Assembly: GCF_009914755.1 (NCBI RefSeq)
Contig: NC_060943.1
Strand: one strand, 5' to 3'
DNA length: 64,000 bases
Source: the human T2T-CHM13v2.0 reference genome, Homo sapiens
The first letter of the stretch is position 1, and every line of letters begins with the position of its first letter. Of the stretch, positions 1 to 59,276 are shown piece by piece. A program made the translations under genes and the position numbers. The notes beneath the pieces are model-generated. The model was not told where the DNA came from. It saw nothing but the letters and a program-made list of their open reading frames with translations, and did no database searches.

Positions 1-127
1 GCCCTCCCGGACACCCCACGGGCTCTTGAGTCCTCGTCTCAGGGCTTCTGGAGGGGGCACCCCAAGCCAAGACTAGGCAAGAATGAGGCGAGTCACAGTC
101 AGTCTGGTCCACGGACGCCACGCGCGT

Positions 128-133
128 TTTATT
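128..133 (-). terminator. MEF2B: MEF2B polyadenylation signal AATAAA
   Basis: tttatt on + strand, ~100-200 nt downstream of both stop codons. Confidence 0.85.
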
Positions 134-229
134 TGTGGATATACACACAAATAGGAAGAAGGAAAGGAGCCCCCCAGGGTGGATTGAGTCCAGCCGCCCA
201 CCTCCAAGCCCCCACCGCGGAGGGGGGCG

Positions 230-5267
<5,038 letters not shown>

Positions 5268-6371
5268 CGTCCCAGGCTGAGTGGAATGATCTTTGTCTAG
5301 GAGGAGAAGAGGGAGAGGACAGAGTGAGTGGGTGGAGAGTGGGGAGGGGTACCCCAGCCTCACACCTCTCCTCTGTCTGCCCCTGCCAGCCACTGAGAGG
5401 AAGATGATGGGGAAAATCAAGGCAGGCTGGGTCACTGTCGCAGACCCCGCCCCCGGCCAGCCTTAGGATGCAGTAGAGGCTCAATGAACATGTTTAGACC
5501 AAATGGGGCATGGTGGCTCATGCCTGTGATCCCTAGCACTTTGGGAGGCCAAGGCAGGAGGATCACTTGAGCCTGGGAGTTTGAGGCCAGCCTGGGCAAC
5601 ATGTTGAAACCCCGGCTCTACAAAAAATGCAAAAATTAGCCAGGCATGGTGGCACACGTCTATAGTCCCAGGTACTCCGGTGGCTGAAGTAGGATGATCA
5701 CTTGAGCTGGGGAGGTTGAGGCTGCAGTGAACTATGATCTTGCCACTGCACTCCAGCGTGGGCAACAGAGACCCAGTCTTTAAAGGAAAAAGAAAACAGA
5801 ATAATAGAAACGCCTCCTGCTCTAGCAGGAGGATGCAGGCACACTCTGGAAAGGCCTCCAGCTCAGAGTCCTTGGGCCAGGGTGTGGGCCTGGCATCCAC
5901 TTGGTGACTTGGAAGAAATCCTGTACCCCACTCAAGGAGATGTGAGATCGCCCTGGTAGGGGTCCCAGAAGGAGGAGACTGCTGGACTATGCTGGGGTCC
6001 AGGCCTTCCCCAGAGACCCCCACTCGAGGTTCCTGGGAACAATCGAATCATGTGGCCTGTCCTGCAGCCGCCGCCCTCTGTACAGACGTCCCCTGACACC
6101 ACAGGGGACGTCCCCGCTCCGCCAACTGTGTGACCACACTCCACCTCCCAGCCTCTACCATGTCACAGGTGACTGAGGCTTCAGGCAAGGGGCCTCTCCA
6201 GGGTCACGCGGACCTACGCTCAGGCCTGGCCTTCCCTCTGACCCTCAGGGCAGCCCTCAGCACAGAAGACCCTTTCCCCAGGCCTCAGTTTGCTCTTCTG
6301 TGAATGGGCTGGTAGGAAATGCTGAGCACCCACCACCAGGCTTGGCAACAAGTTATCAAGAAATCCAGATC

Positions 6372-14905
<8,534 letters not shown>

Positions 14906-15869
14906 TGAAATACTGTCATCAGTCACCTGCTTCCTCCCCCATAAAATGGGTCACAGGATCCTAACCTCACAGGCTTTGCAGAGGGGTTTAAGAGAAAAGA
15001 TTAGGAACAAGTCAAGTTCCCTTTCTTGGCACCCCTGCGGGACTTTACTGGGGGGATGAGCTGCAGAGTCACTTCGCCAGACCCCTGAGCCCGCAGGGAG
15101 GCCACGGCTTGGCAGAGGAACCCAGGCCGGGAAAGGAGAAGTGAGAGGCAGGTGGGTTGGGTGGGGGTGGGGGTGAGGGCCCGCGGGAGGCGGTGAAGCG
15201 GGGAGGGGGCGCTGCTCCCGGCCCCTGCAGCGAATCAGGCCTGCCGCCCCGCCTCACGCAACCCAGGCTGTGGTTTCATCACCTGCTCCCCAAGTACCTC
15301 ATTATGGGCGACAGGAAGAGCCCCTTGGAAAGCCAGGACCCCTCCTCCCCTCTCCTGGGGGCTCCAGCGGCTCCGACCCCAGCTGCAGGCGACCCTCCCT
15401 CCCCAGCCAGAGCCCTGGGCCCGCCTCCTCCCCGGGGGCCTAGGGAGGTGGTACCCAGGTGGGGGGGCATGTAGGTGACCTGGCGGCCTGGCTCAGTTCA
15501 CAGCGGTCCCTGGAGCCCCGCACCTGCCCTCAGGGACTCAGGGGAGACGGTGGGCTCGGGCAGTGACTCCCCTGTTGCTGAGCTTCTCTGGAACTCAGTT
15601 TCCTCCTCCAGAAAGTCAGGGGGCAGCAGGGGCCACCTCGCTGAACTGGGGGGAGGGGCTTCACAGTAAGGTGCTTTACAGATGCGGGGAGGATTTGTGG
15701 TCGATGGGTCCTGATGCCTCTCAGAAGGCCTTGGGGTCACCTCTCCATCCTGGGGGAACCCAGCTCAGATTGCGGGCCCCAAAAAGTCCCTGGTGGAGTG
15801 CTGAGGGACAGGGGCGGATGGGGTTGGGGGTCACTCCATCCTTGTATGGGCATAATGGGAGGTAGAAAT

Positions 15870-24035
<8,166 letters not shown>

Positions 24036-24689
24036 AGCTATTTCTGACTAATTGGGTCTGCAACTAGGGGTTAGGGTGGCCAAGGACACAGGTCACCCAT
24101 ATCTGCAGCCCTGGACCCCAAAAGAGATAGGGAGGGAGGACTGTGACCGTGAAAGTAATGCTGCCACCACCTTGTCATGTGCTAACAACCACACGGGGAT
24201 GTGACTCTTGTTCCTGTACCCATTGAGGCAAAGGGAGGAGAGTTGGCCCCGGCAGCTGTTGCTCCCCCGTTCCAAGGTTTTGTGCCTACCATCCTGCTGT
24301 GACAAACGAGTGTACACCCACAGCAAGAAGGCATAGGGTTGTGCACAGGGGATGCGCTAATGCTAAAGGAGTGCACACCAGGAGAGAGGGACATCACATG
24401 CCACATCACAGAGCTCACAGACACATAATAGGGCCTCACAGCACCATGATTTTGGACACACAGCTAACTCTCCAACTCCCCAACTCACACCAAATCTCAG
24501 ACGCAGAGCCCTTGGACACACAACTTCCAGACCCACACCCTTCAGACACACACCCCTTGGAGACACAACCCCCTCCTGCCACAACCTCGGGGACTCACCA
24601 CCCCACGACACACACCCCTTTAGACACACACCCCACCCTGGGACGCCCAGCAGTACACCCGGACCTCCAAAACCCACCCAGCCCGCAGA

Positions 24690-25290
24690 AGCCGTTCAGA
24701 GGACACCACAGGAGTCTCAACCCGATATGACACGCACCTGCTCGGCCTGGGCCCTGGGACGCTGGGCGCACGGACCCGCGGCGGCTGCACGAAGATCAGG
24801 GGCCCGCGGCCGCAGGTGCCTTGGGAGCGGGCGGTCCTGCCCCCGGGAGCTGATTGGGCGGGACGGGCTTATTTGCATACAGGGCGTCACCCTGGAGGCG
24901 GCGATGGGCGTGCACTTGGGCGTGGCCCCGCCCCGGGAGTTCATGGGCCTGGGACTCAGACGCGAAAGGATGCTGGGGCGCCATGGGTGGGGGCGCGGAT
25001 AAGGAAGAAGCAGAACGGAGGGAGGGGGCTGGATCAGACTGGCCAGGCTTTCCCCGCCCTCACTGGGCGCCCTTGACCTTACTGCCGACCCCTGACCCTA
25101 CTGTGACCCTAACCCTAATTCTAAACCTTTTCCTAACTCGGCCCAACTTGCCTGGATTGATTCCATCCTGAGTGAAATAGACTCCGATCCCGGACCCCGT
25201 CGCCCCGAGGAACCAAGCCCTTCTCGCAGGCAACGCTGACCCTCGCGCTCGCTAGAATGGAAAGACTGCAAGACGGGGCTCTCGGGTGGC
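24690..25290 (-). promoter_or_regulatory. MEF2B: MEF2B CpG-island promoter
   Basis: CCAAT (attgg 24853-24857), GC boxes (24856-24862, ~24924-24934), octamer ATTTGCAT 24871-24878. Confidence 0.8.
24738..24810 (-). other. MEF2B: MEF2B non-coding exon 1 (TSS approximate)
   Basis: donor GAGCAG|gtgcgt at 24737 inside a CpG island, just downstream of CCAAT/GC/octamer motifs; no ATG. Confidence 0.7.
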
Positions 25291-25851
25291 CTGTGTGGCC
25301 TCACTCAACTGTGCCTCCTGGGGCCAGATATGTGCTCCCACAGGGAGTGACAGACCCTCCGCAGCTACTGGTCCCTCAAGCCCGCACCGCCTGCCCCTCC
25401 ACAGTCCAAGACAACCACACTGCTTCCACCAACCACTTCCCTCTCCTTACCTCTCCCCGCTAAAGGCTGTTTTCTAAACTTCAAAGGTCAGCTGTGAGGG
25501 GCCTTCCAGGATTGGACCCCAGCCCAGAACTCTAAATCCACCCCTTCCCCTGGGATCCCAGCACAGGCCAGACCCACAGGAAGATCAGAGCAGGGGTTGG
25601 TGAATGTATCAATGTGAAAAGAATTACAGGATAAAGATGGCTCTGGGATGGGCACTTCTGGAGAAGCCCCCGGCCCGTCTGGGGCAGGCAGGGGATCCAT
25701 GCACTCCCCTAACCCTGTGGGGTCAGGCTTGGGCCAGAGGAGGGATGGGAGGCTGGGACAGGCCAGAATTGGGGCAAGGGCTGTGCCAGAGGAGTCAGGG
25801 AGGGTTTCTCAGAAGAGAGGGCATTTGTGCTGGGCTTTCAAGTATGTGTAG

Positions 25852-26040
<189 letters not shown>

Positions 26041-27542
26041 TAATTTTGTTTTTTTTAAGAGAGGATGTCTCACTATGTTGCCCAGGCTGGTCCCAAACTC
26101 CTGGGCTTAAGAGATCCTTCCTCCTCGGCCTCCCAAGGTGCTGAGATTACAGGTGTGAGCCACTACACAAGACCCGAGAAGGGCTTTTTCAAGAGGGAAA
26201 AGCACTTGCAAAAGTGCAGAGGAAGAGCATAGAACATTCTCTGGCCGGGGAAGATGAGGAAGGTGAAGCCAGTATAGCGGGCAGGGGGTGAAGAGGAGGG
26301 GCAGATACAGGTGGAGAGCAATGGGGCTGCAAAGCTGCCTGGTGTCCATCTCCTCCAGAGAAGAGAGGGGCTGGTCCCCCAAACTCAGGGGGAGGCATGT
26401 GGCAGATGCTGGAGTGTGGGGGACACTGAGACAGGGAACAGGGGGCCTGGGAGGCTTGTGTCTCTCCCCACACCTCAGTTTACCCGTCTGTGACATGGGC
26501 AGTGTGGGCCTCTAGTCTGAGCACAACTTTCTCTTTGGACATGAAAACTATAGAGTTCATACTGTGTCATCAGTGGGTCCCTCCTGTCCCCATCCAGTGC
26601 CCAGTGCCATACACTGGGGTGCCCCAAGGACATGCCAGGGCCTGGGCCAGGCTGGGGGCTTCTGCCTCCACTCCATGGTGCAGAACAAGGCTTGGGGAGT
26701 GTGGAGGTGGCTGGGGAGCCCTGGGCCCCCGGAGGGCTGCTCTGTTTACCCGAGGCCACCCGCCCACCTCTGATGCAACAGGCAGGCTCTGGTTACGTGA
26801 GGCCGGCAGCTGGGCCAGCTCTGGGGGAAGGGCTAGCCCAGCAGAGCGAAGCTGGCTGGGGCTGGCCCTTATGCACCCCAACTCCCCAGCCCCCTCCTTC
26901 TGGTGGGCACCATCTTGTTATTCATGGGCTGTCCCGTGTCCTTTTGCCTCTGTTCCTATCCTATACCTTCCCCAACCACTAATTGTGTCCCCTAGCAGGG
27001 CCACCAAGAGTCTTAACCTCATTCTTCTCAGATGAAGGGACACCCTTAGTTGCTAGAGTAAGAGGTTGGAAGGTAGAAGGGAAGGTTGTGAGGAGGAAGG
27101 GATAGAAGGGTCCAGAGTGGGTGGTGAGGGAGAAGAGTGACCTGGGAAGCAGGTCTGGGAGATGGGGGAGGTGGTGGGTGGGGGATGGAGGAGAAGGCTA
27201 GGGTGGGAGGCTGGGGGAGGTGGAGAAGCTGCCCCCGCTGTCTCCCTCCTCCAGATTCTCTCCCCTCTCCCAGGAGAAGGCTTTGAAGGACCTTCCATGA
27301 TAAGGATGTGTGACCCAGTAGGTAGGGAGGGCCCTGAGGTTAAAGAACCCTGAGTCCCCATCCCAGCTGCGCCGCCCACTCACTGTGTGACCTCAGGATG
27401 GTCACTGCACCCCTTGGGGCCTCTTTGCTCATATGAGAAGTGTGGATAGGCTGGGCGCGGTGGCTCACGCCTGTAATCCCAGCACTTTGGGAGGCCGAGG
27501 TGGGTGGATCCCGAGGTCAGGAGATCGAGACCATCCTCACTA

Positions 27543-28397
<855 letters not shown>

Positions 28398-28886
28398 TAA
28401 GCGATCCTCCTGCCTTGGCCTCCAAAAGCGCTAGGATTATGGATATGAGCCATTGCGCACAGCCTCCATGGGTTTCTTGAAGAACTGGAGAATCTCAAAG
28501 AAGGTCTAAGCAGTGAAAGGGAGTGGGGGATAAGCCTGGGGCACCCAGAAGCCTTGTTCAGGGATACTGTAGGGAAAAGAAAAAAAAAAAAAAAAGGCTT
28601 TCCAGGGGCCTGAGTGTGCAGGACTCTCCGGGAACCCAGAGGAGCAGGTCTGAAATAAAAACCAGGACTCACACCAATGGCTAAGGACAAAAACCCAGCG
28701 GAAGTCTGATTCTTGTCCTGACCACTGTGGACGGAGCAGGGGGCAGGTCGCTGCCCTGTATGGGTCTCCTTTTACCCCATCTGCAGATCAGGGTTGGGAT
28801 CCTTTCTGGGTGATCTCCAGCCTCGTGAGCACTATGCTTCTGTTTGGATGCCCCATGGCACGGAGAGCTCACTGTCTCTCTTCTAG

Positions 28887-29159
<273 letters not shown>

Positions 29160-29162
29160 TAA

Positions 29163-29450
<288 letters not shown>

Positions 29451-29755
29451 TGATCCGCCCACCTCGGCCTCCGAAAGCGCTGGGATTACAGGTGTGAGCC
29501 CCCGCGCCTGGCCAGTAAATGCTATTGAGTGAGCTCTAGGAGTGCCCTTGCTCTCCACCCTGACAAGGGAGGCTGCGAGCTCTTGTTCTGAGAGCCCTCT
29601 GGCCTCTCAGAACCTCAGTTTGCTCTCTGAAAAATGGGAGCGAGGGCATATAGGGTGAAAAAGGGTGGAGGGTCACAGTGTGCCCACCAGGGCCAGCCAG
29701 GACTGCAGACAATGACCGCTAGGAGGCTGAACTTCCCGCCAACGCTTTGCCTCTT

Positions 29756-29832
29756 GCGCCCCCTGGCGGCTAGAGTGGGCGGGGCGCCCTCCAGGCAAAA
29801 AGGGCTATCGAGCATTCAAATGAGATGCAAAT
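29756..29832. promoter_or_regulatory. CTCF motif + GC box + octamer composite element
   Basis: CCGCCAGGGGGCGC (minus, 29756-29769), GGGCGGGGC 29777-29785, ATGCAAAT 29825-29832. Confidence 0.6.
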
Positions 29833-29835
29833 TAA

Positions 29836-30295
<460 letters not shown>

Positions 30296-30352
30296 TAGTC
30301 TTGACTTCCCAAAGTGCTGGGATTACAAGCGTGTGCCACCGCACCCGGCCTA

Positions 30353-30634
<282 letters not shown>

Positions 30635-31439
30635 TCAAAAAAAAAAGAGAGAGAGATGACTGTTAGTCGCTGGTTGAGGTTGCATCCAGGGGCTATGAGT
30701 GACTCAGAGCCCTAGAAGGGTCTGGTGGGGCCCCCCACACCTGCCTCCCTCACCCCTAGCTCCTAGCGCCCCAGACATCCTAGGCAGGTCCTGGGAGGCA
30801 GGCGATAATCCCATTCTGCTGCCAGTTTGTCCTGAAGGTCTGAGCAAGAGGGCTGGCTCACAAATACCAGTGTTTGCTGGAGAAATGGTCGCACGGAGGA
30901 CAGATGGACATTGAGAGGTGCCTTCAGAGCAGGTAAGAAGGGAGAAGGACTCTGGAGGCCACACACCAATCAGTGCCCTAAATGGGGTGGCTTTAGGCTC
31001 CTCCCCACTCCTAAGCTGAGTAGGACAGTGGAGAGGTGGGATAATGGCACAGAGGCCCCCCAGTGTGACCTAGAAGGAGGAGAGGTAGGGCTGAACCCCC
31101 TTTCCAGGCCTTCAGATGCCTTGACAGGCCCGATGTCCTAACAGGATGCCCTCTGTCTCCCCTCGGGACACCCCTGCTCTTCCCATCCGTCTCCATCAAC
31201 CACCCCACAGTGCCAAGCTGAGGGACCCTCCCAGAGCAGTGACTGGAACCTGCCTCGACCCCAAACAACTCTTATCTGACCTCCCTAATACATTGTACTG
31301 GAACAAGGGATTCTGGGGTAACTGCATTGGCACACAGCTGGCCTTGGAGATGCATAACTTGTGGAGGCCTGGTCACCCAGGCTTGGCATTCACAGTGGTC
31401 AGTGCAGGCCCTTCTGCAAACAGCAGCAGAAACGGACTC

Positions 31440-32348
<909 letters not shown>

Positions 32349-32898
32349 TCACACAGCACATCAGAGGCAGGCAGGGCTGGGACCAAACCAAGCCGGGCTC
32401 TGCTCTTCTCTGACTGTGCCCTTTTTTTTTTTGGTGGGGGGGTGGCGGGTGCGAAGTCTCGCTCTGTCGCGCAGGCTGGAGTGCAGTGGCGCCATCTTGG
32501 CTCACTGGAACCTCTGCCTCCTGGGTTCAAGCGATTCTCATGCCTCAACCTCCTGAGTAGCTGGGATTACAGGTGCCCGCCATCACACCCGGCAGAGCCT
32601 CTTTTTGTCCATATGTATTTGGGGGTGAGACCTGCCTTTTGGGGCTGAGGATGAAATGAGATGACCCCTGTGAAGACTTTAGCCCAGGGCCAGGGACTTG
32701 ATAGGTGCATAATCAGGATTATTTTGATGGCAGTTATTGGTCCAAGGGTCGATGGGGGGCCAGTGAGAGTCCAGGAGCAGCAAAGCCACTTCTGGACTTC
32801 TGGGAACATGGACGGCTGGGCCTGGAGGCTCCGGGCAGGTGCAGGAGGAATGCTGGCCACACTCGTTCAGTCTTCAGTCTCTGCCTGGCCCAGCTTCA

Positions 32899-33870
<972 letters not shown>

Positions 33871-34329
33871 TCACCACCCCACATCCAGAGCTAAGCCTGC
33901 TATGAACAGGTACTCAGGAAGTATGCATCAACTGCCAGAGGTACTCAGTAAATGCTTGCTGCCTGTGGTGTCCAGTAAGCGCTCACTGATTGACTACAGT
34001 GCCCACTAAGTGCTCTCTGACTGCACACATGAATTCGGCTGCCTCTGGGCTCTGGGGCTACAGCTTGAAAGGCCTACAGAGGCTCTGTCTCCACCTGCCT
34101 CCCCTCGACCTCTGAGAGGGCTTCCATGGCACATGGCACCGAGGACAATCACAGTGCCTGGCCAATAGGCAGGGGCTCGGTAAGTCCCCAGGGCCCCTTT
34201 GACCTGCCTGCGTCTGCCCATCACAGATATAGAATGGTGACACATCAGATCTTTCCTGGCACCACACTCTCTAAGCGTGGTCAGCCACACCTCCCACAGC
34301 TCACGCTGCACTTGTGCGGTCCTCTCCCA

Positions 34330-34695
34330 TCTGGTCCTGGGCCTGGCCACGTGACTGGCCTCAACGGATGGGCCACCCACAAATGTGAAACCAGCACTCT
34401 GCATGGGAGCCGCTCTCCTGGCTCCCAGCCACCAGGAGAAACCCGGGCTGGCCTGCTGGAGAGGCCATGAGGAAAATCTGACCCCTGCTGCCAACAGTCC
34501 TGGCCAAGGGACCCCCTGACTATGCAGGTGCAGCTGAGCTCCCATGAGCACCACATGGGTGAGCCCCAGGGACAGCAGCAGAACCACCCAGCTGAGCCCA
34601 GCCCAAAGTGCAGAATCATGAGTAGGTTAATTACTGGGGCTGTAAACCACTGTTTTGGGATGCTGTGTTATGCAGCAATAGCCGACTGCTCCAAA
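34330..34695 (+). mobile_element. Degraded MLT1-type MaLR LTR
   Basis: 3' signature CCCAGCTGAGCCCAGCC...AGAATCATGAG...TTTTGGGATGCTGTGTTATGCAGCAATAG. Confidence 0.6.
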
Positions 34696-35273
34696 GCACA
34701 TCCGTCACTGTGCCCTGCACCCTCTTGGTCACCTGAGAGCCACCTTTACAGAAAGTAAATGCAGAGACCAGAGAGGGTAGTGAATTTGCTCGGTCACACA
34801 GCAGGTAGGCAGTAGATGGGTGGGGAGGTCCCAGAGATAGGTGGGTAATTGCCCATGCCGGGCTCTGCCTGAGAGACTGTGCACGGGTAAAGCAGGCTGC
34901 TGGCACGTGGTAGGATAGAGGAAATGTGGGCTCCCTTCTCTGTCTTGGGGGGTGGAAATCTCTGGGACTAGCATGGGGCCTATGGCCTGGAAAAGAGAGA
35001 GGAAGGTGGTGGAGAGAGAGTGGGAGAGATGGGCTGACATGGTCCCTGAGCAGCAGGGTGGAACATTCTGGACCTGCAGACACCCCTCCACCTGCCACCT
35101 CCGAAATCATCCCACAAGCCCAGTGAGAAACCCCAAGTGGTTAGACAAGCAGGTGCCTGCCTGGCTGCCAAGCGGGCGGGTTGGTTAGTTCAGAGCAGAG
35201 AGAGAGGCTCGTGGCTACCCTCGGCACTGACCTGGGTTGGCGGAGGCTGGGGGGCCCCGAGTCTCTTCCAGGA

Positions 35274-46666
<11,393 letters not shown>

Positions 46667-46789
46667 AGCGACCGCGGCCGAGCGAACCGGGAAACGGCAC
46701 CGGAAGCCCGGAGGTTGGGACGCCCGCCTAAGCCTTCCCTGCTGAAACCGGACGCCGCACGGCTCCTGTTCCGGTGTCAGAGGGCCCGC

Positions 46790-47103
46790 CCTCCCCGCTC
46801 CTCAGTCTTTGCGGACAAGAAAGGGGCTGTGTGAGACGCAGGGAAGGAGGCACACCCGGGGGTGGCGCAGTGAGGAGGGGGCGCGACGGCCAGGAGGCTG
46901 GTGGAGCGACACCCAGGCAGGAGAGGGGGAAGAACTCTCTCCCTTTCTGAACCCCCTTTTCCTTGAGAGACGAGTTGGGGGAGTCCTCCACGCATTACCC
47001 ACTCGGGCCGCAAAAACTCCCTTTTTTAGCCCTCTGCCCCCGCCCTTGCTTATAAGCCTTTGAGACCGCAGAAGGGACCTTGTTGTGGAACGGGACGGCC
47101 AAG
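46790..47103 (+). other. RFXANK: RFXANK non-coding exon 1 (TSS approximate)
   Basis: donor AAG|gtacgc at 47104 within the CpG island. Confidence 0.6.
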
Positions 47104-47508
47104 GTACGCTGCCCCTTTAAGTTCCAGACGCCCCGCGTACTTCCCCTACTTCTTCTTCTTGAGATAGCCCCGCCCATCTACCCGAAGCCGGAGCCAATTG
47201 GCTCCCTCTGGAAAAATCTGTGGGCAGGGTAAAGGTGAGCGGGCGCAGGCGTAGTGAAATTCTCAGAGCCCTTTAGGCCCCGCCCATTCCCTCCGAGTCG
47301 GTGAGGAGGGGAAAAGAAGGCGCAGGCGCAACTGCCCTCCCAGGACCCCAGCGGAACCCACGCCCTCCCCTAAGTCTTAAAGGGCCAGAGGCAGCACTTA
47401 CTGCCCGGGCCCTTCCTCACTTTTGGGGGGCGGGGGTGCGCAAGCGCAGTGGGGGAGCTCTGGGGTGGGGGTAGCGGTCGAGTATCAAGTTGCTTTCTGT
47501 CCCGGCAG

Positions 47509-47649
47509 AGGAAGCCAGATCGCTGAGGGTCCGGTCTCCAGCTTGCCTCCTGCTATATCCATTGGAAGAGAAAAGTTTGTGACTTGGGCCCCCAAGTTTT
47601 GAGAGAACTGGGCTTTCGGCGCGGGGGGACAGAGGAGGCTCGTGGGGAG
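47509..47649 (+). other. RFXANK: RFXANK non-coding exon 2
   Basis: tttctgtcccggcag| ... GAG|gtgagt; no ATG. Confidence 0.7.
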
Positions 47650-48441
47650 GTGAGTGGACCTCCTGGATCGATTTAGGAGGCTCGGGTGGGACTGGGACCA
47701 ATCGCACCTTTGTTGAGCCGTCACTCATTATGGGGAGCCCCTCCCAACAACCATAGCGAATATTTATTGAGCTCCACGCTTAGCAGATCCCCCGATAAGC
47801 TATGTACAGACATAATTCGTTGTAGGTCTCATTTCCACATTTTGTCGTGGAGGAAACTGAGGCTCAAAGGTTAAGTCACGTGCCCAAGTTCTCACGGCCT
47901 ATAAATTGAGGGATTCGAACCCAGACAGCTGACCCCAGAGCCCCGGCTTTTTTTTCCTTTCTTTTTTTTTTTTTTTTTTTTTTTTGAGACAGAGTCTTGC
48001 TCTGTCGCCCCAGCTACAGTGCAGTGGTGCGATCTCTGCTCACCGCAACCTCCACCTCCCGAGTTCAAGCAATTCTGCCTCAGCCTCCCGAGTAGCTGGG
48101 ATCACAGGCGCCCGCCACCGCGCTTGGCTAATTTTTGTATTTTTAGTACAGATGGGGTTTCACCATGGTGGCCAGCCTGGTCTCGAACTCCTGACCTCAT
48201 GATCCACCCTCCTCGGCCTCCCAAAGTGCTGGGATTACAGCCGTGAGCCACTGTGCCCTGCCAGAGCCCAGGCTCTTAAACATTGCACATTGTAGGTGCT
48301 TTGGTGGTGGGGAATGGTAGACCTCGAAAGCAGTTGGACTCTGGTTTTCATTTCCCTGGCTCTGGTAATTAACCTGGACCTCAGTTTACCCACCCTCACA
48401 GTGCAAGGCTAGGTATGCAGTCGGTGCCTACTTTATTATAA

Positions 48442-56269
<7,828 letters not shown>

Positions 56270-56396
56270 AGGCCGCCTGCCGGGGACTCAGACACTCAGG
56301 GAACAAAATGGTCAGCCAGAGCTGGGGAAACCCAGAACTGACTTCAAAGGCAGCTTCTGGACAGGTGGTGGGAGGGGACCCTTCCCAAGAGGAACC

Positions 56397-56402
56397 AATA
56401 AA
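56397..56402 (+). terminator. RFXANK: RFXANK polyadenylation signal AATAAA
   Basis: 128 nt after the stop codon. Confidence 0.85.
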
Positions 56403-56474
56403 CCTTCTGTGCAGAATGAGGGACTTTGCTGTGCTTCCCGGAGGGCTTCCTGGAGGAGACAGCCCCTAGAGGTC

Positions 56475-57610
56475 TCACACCTTCTCCCCAAGCACCCGCA
56501 GGTGGTAGATGACCACACGGCCAAAAAAGTCAGTGGCATCCTCAAACGTCACCTTCAGCCGGTCCACTTCAGCAGCTGGTATGGGGAAAGTGTGAGCGTG
56601 GGCAGTCAAGGGAAACTGGTGATTTCTGGTTTCCCACCCGCAGGCCCCCACCCCTTCCAGACCCAGCTCACACTCCACCGATGTGGGCAACCTGGGGAAG
56701 CTGCAGGTCCCTCTAAGCCTCTCACACAGAACAGGTGGTCATCAGCACCATTTTACAGAAAAAGTGGAGTCCTAGAGGTCACGTGTTCAAGATCACACAT
56801 CAGGGTTCCCATTCGGGTTTGGGTGAGTCCAAAGCTTCCAGAGGCACAGACCACCCACCCCAGAAGCAGGGGCAGGATATCTGAAGCGAGTTGTTGTCCT
56901 CAGGGTAGAAATCTACAATCTTGTGGAGAGCCTGAGTGCCCTGTGAACCTTCAGCAGAGAAAGGCAATGAGTGTCTGGGGTGACCCCTGGAACCCCTGCC
57001 ACCCAGGGCCTTCTAGTACCTTCCAGGCAGCCCCGGCGACTGGAGAAGCCACCCTGAAACTGGATCTGCAGCTGGGAGACACGGATGAGCTGGGGAAACT
57101 CCAGCGTCACCCACTGGGAGGGGCCCTGGAAGCAGACAGGGAAACTGAGGCGCAAGCTCACTGCAGGCACAGAGCCCTGCTATGCCTGTCTCATTCACAT
57201 AGTTCTTGGAATGGAGGGGAAGAAGGAAATTCGGCACATGTTCCTTTCCTGGCCACCCATGAGGGCCCCCTGACGTTCTCAAGGCATGAGATCTGAATCT
57301 GAATCACCCTAGAGATGGAGGGTCGAGGGAGGCGCCTCACCTGGTCTGAGTTCCAACATGTCTCCTCATCCTGGTCGAAAAGATGTTTTTTTCCAAACTG
57401 CCGAGTGTTGCGATTCAGCACTGAACTCACCCTGGAGGCACCAGGATCAAGGCGAAGAGAGGGGCTGAGACCAGCTCTCAGCTCCGCGGAGGGCCTGACC
57501 CCCAGATCTGTCCACTGAGGGCTCGACCCCAGGCTTAGGGCCTCGCCACTGCCTGTCCCCACAGACTCTTACCTGCTCACTGTCTCTGGACAAACCAAAG
57601 AGTGGGTCAT
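56475..57610 (-). CDS. NR2C2AP: Nuclear receptor 2C2-associated protein (TRA16), 139 aa; join 57610-57573, 57431-57341, 57125-57020, 56948-56881, 56591-56475
   Basis: MTHSLVCPETVSR|VSSVLNRNTRQFGKKHLFDQDEETCWNSDQ|GPSQWVTLEFPQ...|GSQGTQALHKIVDFYPEDNNSLQ|TFPIPAAEVDRLK...LGEKV; 38+91+106+68+117 = 420 nt. Confidence 0.95.
56592..56880 (-). other. NR2C2AP: U12-type (minor spliceosome) AT-AC intron, NR2C2AP intron 4
   Basis: 5' end ATATCCTG, branch site TTCCCTTGAC (56614-56605), 3' end CAC; joins the CDS in frame. Confidence 0.92.
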
Positions 57611-57649
57611 GTCGGTTCCACAAGACCTCGCAGGGCTTAGGATTGGGCA

Positions 57650-58417
<768 letters not shown>

Positions 58418-58451
58418 TAGCCAGAATGGTCTTGATCTCCTGACCTCGTGA

Positions 58452-58862
<411 letters not shown>

Positions 58863-58892
58863 TAACCTACTCTACCCTAACGGCTACCCTAA

Positions 58893-59276
<384 letters not shown>

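Noticed and set aside
25090-25140. CCCTAA/CCCTGA telomere-like hexamers
   Set aside because: Only about two exact copies; too short for an interstitial telomere
56409-57296. 295-aa + ORF
   Set aside because: Antisense to NR2C2AP, non-ATG start just after the RFXANK poly(A) signal, no recognisable domain
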